This document shows positions 59,369 through 64,000 of a DNA stretch of 64,000 bases, one piece after another. The DNA comes from an uncultured Gemmatimonadales bacterium (GTDB taxonomy: Bacteria; Gemmatimonadota; Gemmatimonadetes; Gemmatimonadales; GWC2-71-9). The notes beneath the pieces are model-generated. The model was not told where the DNA came from and did not search any database. It was given only the letters and a program-made list of their open reading frames with translations. Every line of letters starts with the position of its first letter. Position 1 is the first letter of the stretch. The stretch spans positions 640,001 to 704,000 of the forward strand of contig CAWJIM010000019.1 in NCBI GenBank assembly GCA_963842945.1. Direction: 5' to 3'. Both the position numbers and the translations under genes were made by a program.

Positions 59369-59770
59369 TCACTCCGGCGGGTGATGAGCCGCATGATTGG
59401 TCGTGTCAGCCGTCGCATCAGGGCTCGGCATCGCCTTCCGCCCGGGTGCCGTTGAGTCTTTCATCATCCCCATCATGCCCCCACGCTCCATCATCTGATG
59501 CATGCGCTCCTGCATCGCCTTCCGCTGAACGACTAGCTCGTTTATGACGGCCGCCATGGACTGCACCTTCTGGTTGCCGCTTGTCCGATTCATCCGATCC
59601 ACAAGGCTGTCGAGACGGCGGTTGAGGGAATCCATCATCATCATCGACATCTGATTCTTGCCCGCGATTTCACGATGACCATCAGGAGTCGACGCCCCGG
59701 GCTGCTGCGCGGCAACCGTTGAGGCGCTCAAGACCAGAGCGGCGATGCCGCCGACTAGTCGTGACATCAT
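59369..59770 (-). CDS. Exported Met/His-rich protein, putative copper binder
   Basis: Signal peptide; MSMMMM, MHQMM, MMGMM, HAAHH. Confidence 0.7.
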   Translation of the reverse strand: MMSRLVGGIAALVLSASTVAAQQPGASTPDGHREIAGKNQMSMMMMDSLNRRLDSLVDRMNRTSGNQKVQSMAAVINELVVQRKAMQERMHQMMERGGMMGMMKDSTAPGRKAMPSPDATADTTNHAAHHPPE

Positions 59771-59797
59771 TTGTAGCCTCCGATTCGGTTTCCCAGC

Positions 59798-60106
59798 TTA
59801 CGTCTGGACCCGTGACCACCACACGTAGCCCCCCAACGCGAGCAGCAGCAGCCAACAGGTCCAGTACGCCCACACCGTCCAACGCGGTCTCGCCTCCCCC
59901 AGGGAAGTGTCCAGATGGTGCTTCTGGTACATGGCCAGCGCGTGCACCACTCCACCCACCACCAAGAGCGGTACCGCCATTGTCTCCAAGGCCTCCTTGA
60001 ATAGCAGGGCGAGGCCAGCTCCGAGCACACCAGCACCTAGACCGCCAAGCAGCTCTGTTCGCGCTCGCTCGCCGATGTACCTGCTGCTGGTCCGAAGCAC
60101 CGTCAT
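59798..60106 (-). CDS. Small hypothetical membrane protein
   Basis: Three TM segments with a His/Met motif (VHALAMY). Confidence 0.6.
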   Translation of the reverse strand: MTVLRTSSRYIGERARTELLGGLGAGVLGAGLALLFKEALETMAVPLLVVGGVVHALAMYQKHHLDTSLGEARPRWTVWAYWTCWLLLLALGGYVWWSRVQT

Positions 60107-60240
60107 ACGCGCCTCACCAAGGAATCGACGGAAACGATAGCTCGGTTCTCATGAAGAACCGGTGAAGGTCGTGCGAGACTACCTTCAACGGTCACAGCCC
60201 TCGGCTGCACGGAAACCCACTGCAGCAGAGACATTAGCGG

Positions 60241-62421
60241 CTAGATAGCCGAGCGGCGCAGCAGCTGGGCATTCACGGCCACGATGATTGTGCTCAGTGA
60301 CATCAGGACTGCTCCAATAGCAGGCGAGAGCAGGATGCCTTGCCGTGCCAATACCCCGGCGGCAAGCGGGATCGCCACCACGTTGTAGCCTGCCGCCCAC
60401 CACAGGTTCTGGACCATCTTCCGGTAGGAGGCCCTGCTGAGCCGCACGATGCGCGGCACGTCTCTGGGGATCGCTCCGAACCAGCACGATGTCCCCAGCC
60501 TCAACTGCGACGTCGGTGCCAGCGCCGATGGCCACGCCAACATCGGCCGAGACCAAGGCCGGGGCATCGTTGACCCCGTCGCCCACCATGCCGACCCTTT
60601 CACCGGCTCGCTGAAGTTCTTGAATCTTGTTGACCTTGTCTTGCGGCAAGACCTCGGCGAACACTGTGTCGATGCCCAGCTCGGCAGCCACGGCCTCCGC
60701 CACCGGGCGTGCATCGCCGGTCAGCATCACCACTCTGATGCGCTGGTCGTGCAGCTCCTCGACCGCTGCCTTGGATTCCGGGCGTACCACATCCGCCACG
60801 ATGAACACGGCCAGCGCTTGCACGCTATGCTCACTGCCCGCTTCCTCGGCCAGGAAGATGGCGGCCTGTCCTCGCCTCGCGGCCTGATCCATGGCTGTGC
60901 GCAGGGAATCGGGAACAACAACAGAGCGCGCCTTGAGCAACGCCGGGCCCCCTATCAATAGCGTCCGACCATCAACCCGCGCGCTGACCCCTACGCCGGG
61001 AATGGCGCGGAAGTCGGTGGCTGGCGGCGAGACGATTCCCCGTTCCTTGGCAGACCGGACGATGCCCTGTGCGATGGTGTGCTCCGAGTCCCTCTCGACC
61101 GCTGCTGCCAGCTGCAGCGCCTCCTCGTCGGTAATGCCACCAGCGGTGGCGATGCCGACCACACCGAACTCGCCCCGCGTCAGGGTTCCGGTCTTGTCGA
61201 AGACCATGGCGGTGAGATTGCGGGCCTCCTCCAAGCCGCGCCGGTCCCGCACCAGGAGCCCAGCCCGTGCGCCCAGCGTGGTGGAGATGGCAATGACCAG
61301 CGGCACGGCCAGGCCAAGGGCATGGGGGCAGGAGATCACCAGCACGGTGACCAGGCGCTCGACCGCGAACGCGGGATCGCCTCGGATGGTCATCCACGCC
61401 ACGAACGTCGCCGCCCCCGCGACGATGGCCGCAATGGTGAGCCAGAATGCCGCCCGGTCAGCCAAAGCCTGCGCCCGCGAGCGTGAGGACTGCGCCTGTT
61501 CGACCAGGCGCATGATGCCAGCGAGGGCGGTCTGTTCGCCCGTGCCGGTGACGCGGACACGTAGCGACCCAGCACCGTTTACCGTTCCGGCGATCACACG
61601 GTCGCCCGGGCCTTCTTCACTGGTCGCGACTCGCCAGTGATCATGGACTCGTTGACCTCGCTCGCACCCTCCTCAACTACGCCATCGGCCGGGATACTCG
61701 CGCCGGGGCGTACCAGCACGAGGTCTCCGACCTTGAGCGCGCTGATCGGGACTTCCTCGACCTCCTCACCCGCCACTCGGAGCGCGGTGTTCGGCAGGAG
61801 CTTCGCCAGCTCACGTAGGGCACCCTGGGCCTGGGAAATCGACCGCATCTCGATCCAGTGGCCCAGGAGCATGATCGTGACCAGCGTGGACAGCTCCTCC
61901 CACAGCGGCATGCCCGGATAGCCCAGCGTCACGGCCGCGCTGAAGACGAACGCGACTGAGATGGCCAAGCCGATCAGCGTCATCATGCCGGGAAGCCGGG
62001 CGCGCAGCTCACGCCAGGCACCCTGGAGGAACACGAGTCCGCCGTAGAGGAACACCGCCGTCCCGAACACCGGCGCGATCCACTGTTGGCCGGGCAGATT
62101 GGGTGGTGTGTACCCGAGCGCCCGGGGCAGCATGTGGCCCCAGCACGAGCGTCGGAAGGGTGAGCGCCAGCGAGATCCAGAACTTGTCCCGGAACATCGC
62201 TACGCTGTGACCCGCATGTTTGTCGTGGCCTTCGTGCCCTGGATGCTCATTGTGTCCGCCGTGGCCCAGGTGGCCAGCGTGGCCTGTCATTTCTGGGTGT
62301 TCGGGGTGGCCCACCGCGACTGGCTCCTCGGCCATGGCACCGTGAACGTGATCATGAGCATGCCCCGGGGCGGTTGCCCATCGCCATTCCCTCCGGATGG
62401 CCGATCGGTGTGGTCCCTCAT
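60241..62421 (-). CDS. copB: P1B-3 copper-exporting ATPase with His-rich N-terminus (3-4 frameshifts)
   Basis: GH-rich leader, [39 protein letters not shown]. Confidence 0.9.
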
Positions 62422-62947
62422 GTCGCACTCATCTCCCTGGAAGTCTGCGCTCGGGCGCTCCCGATCCTGCCCCACGGCTTGTACACCGACAGTGCGGTGA
62501 CGGTGAGCAAGACCAGAAGGCCACCCACCGCATGCACCACGAGCTGGATGCGCAACAGCCTGAAGTCGCCGGTGGACAATGTCGTGGCCACTGCGATTCG
62601 GGCCATGCGACTCACGTTCGGGATGTGCATCAACAAGACGCCCGTGGCGACCGTCGTCAGAACGAGCTTCGCCACGATCCAGTAGTGACGGAACAGCCCC
62701 CACTCCGTCCCAAGTGCCTGAACGACTCCTGAGATCAGGGTGGCGAGGCTCGACGGAATGATGACAGCCCATCCAATCGGCTCCATGCTCCGATAGGCGG
62801 CGCGTGCCATGTCGTCGTCTCGGCTGACGATGCCGACAACCGCGAGGGACAGGTAGCGGCAGCCGCGCCGAGCCAGCCAACCGATACGGTGACGTGCGAC
62901 GTCAAGACGAACTTGCGTAGGCGAGACGACATCATTCGTGGGCTCAT
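62418..62947 (-). CDS. DUF2269-like membrane protein (frameshift near 62850)
   Basis: LRKFVLTSHVTVSVGWLG, LGTEWGLFRHYWIVAKL, LSVYKPWG. Confidence 0.7.
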
Positions 62948-62997
62948 AAGACTCACCTCAGTGCTGGTTCCGCACGGTAATGGTTAGGCTTGACGGC

Positions 62998-64000
62998 CTA
63001 CTCGTGCTCGTGATCGGGCATTACACCTCTGGGCATGCCCTCCTCCGGGTTCTCATCCCGATCTCCAGCGTGCGCCCGCTGCAGCAGCGTCGGCCGTAGC
63101 CGGACGTACAGCGCGAGGCCAGCAGGTGTGCGGGTGCCATAGGTGTCCTTGAGATCCTGGGGCACGAGGTTGAGCGAGCCCCGGAGACCCAGGCCGAGAC
63201 TCGCGCCGCCGTACTGCACGACCTCCCGCACATAACCGAGCACGAGGCTGGACACGTTGAAGCGGGTCTCTGGGTTGATACCCGGCACGACCAGCTCCTC
63301 GGCGCTTTTCTGTACCCACTCGGCCCGGCCGAAGATGCTGTTCCGCTGGTCGAGCTGCAGGTTGGTCTCCAACAGGAGGCTGTGCTCGAACCCCTGCGAC
63401 GGCTCTCTCGGCACCGTGTGCTTGTTTGCGCCGTAGACCAGCGCGCTGGCCCAATCGCCATCGCGGGCGATTCGCCTGGTGTACAGGATAGACGCACTGA
63501 GCCGGTGCTGGTTTTCGTCGGGGTGCAGCTCCTCGGGACTCTTGAGGTAACCGTAGCTGGCCGCCATGCTCCAGTGCGGGGTCGGATTCGCTGTCAATCG
63601 CCCGCCGTAGGAGTCGAGCGCGCCGAAGTCGAAGTCGTAGCGGTCGTCATCGGGCTCGCGGCCCTGGAAAAGCGTGCCTTCCACCTGCACGGTGCGCGTG
63701 AATACGCCCGCCGTGACGACACCGTAGGTAATGTGGGTCGCGTCTTGCCAATGGTGCCCAAGTGGGGCGAACGGGTCGTTCTGGGCCGATGGACGGTGCA
63801 TGTAGGCCACCGGCCCGATGGCGGGCTCGCCAACAGGGGCCGCGAAGATTGAGACGCCGAGATTCCTCCCGACGGGCACCTCGTAGCGCGCGGAAAGCTC
63901 CATGAACAGATCGTGCGGGTGCTGCCGATCCCGGAGCGGCTCGCCTTGGTACGACTCGCCGGTCTGAAGCAAGCAGCGGGTAGCCGCGAGCGCCGACGGT
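62998..64000 (-). CDS. Putative outer-membrane beta-barrel protein of copper loci, 5' end outside window
   Basis: QTGE...DRQHPHDLFMELS, YMHRPSA, GHHWQDATHI; alternating beta-strand pattern. Confidence 0.65.
   Translation of the reverse strand, partial: PSALAATRCLLQTGESYQGEPLRDRQHPHDLFMELSARYEVPVGRNLGVSIFAAPVGEPAIGPVAYMHRPSAQNDPFAPLGHHWQDATHITYGVVTAGVFTRTVQVEGTLFQGREPDDDRYDFDFGALDSYGGRLTANPTPHWSMAASYGYLKSPEELHPDENQHRLSASILYTRRIARDGDWASALVYGANKHTVPREPSQGFEHSLLLETNLQLDQRNSIFGRAEWVQKSAEELVVPGINPETRFNVSSLVLGYVREVVQYGGASLGLGLRGSLNLVPQDLKDTYGTRTPAGLALYVRLRPTLLQRAHAGDRDENPEEGMPRGVMPDHEHE

Overview
High-GC bacterial chromosome segment. The gene repertoire (Ser/Thr kinase-TPR fusion, ADOP permease, Ig-like lipoproteins, split atp operon) suggests Gemmatimonadota; this is inference. 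About 20 otherwise conserved genes carry single-base frameshifts, as expected from uncorrected long-read indels. Contents in order: lysine/DAP operon; kinase, protease and Ig-like genes; ETF-QO, etfAB and an acyl-CoA dehydrogenase interrupted by an ECF sigma/anti-sigma/TonB-receptor cassette; a convergent GT4/AsnB + FkbH/ACP/PPTase cluster with sigma54-like promoters; housekeeping genes; cstA; atpZIBEFH; moxR; and the edge of a copper-resistance island. The best candidate system is a small GIY-YIG nuclease gene (39685-39990) bracketed by 32-bp inverted repeats. The same repeat recurs as gene-less doublets (18255, 56045, 23642), with compensatory changes that keep a GNA-loop DNA hairpin, and as a 16-bp direct repeat flanking the ECF/TonB cassette. 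Other notable signals are a 9-codon lysC vestige, a half-rhodanese starting at a UGA at the island edge, an anti-sigma with duplicated CCxDxDGGGxADDG motifs, a glutaminase-dead AsnB, and recurring leaderless promoters. No rRNA, tRNA or CRISPR array was recognised.
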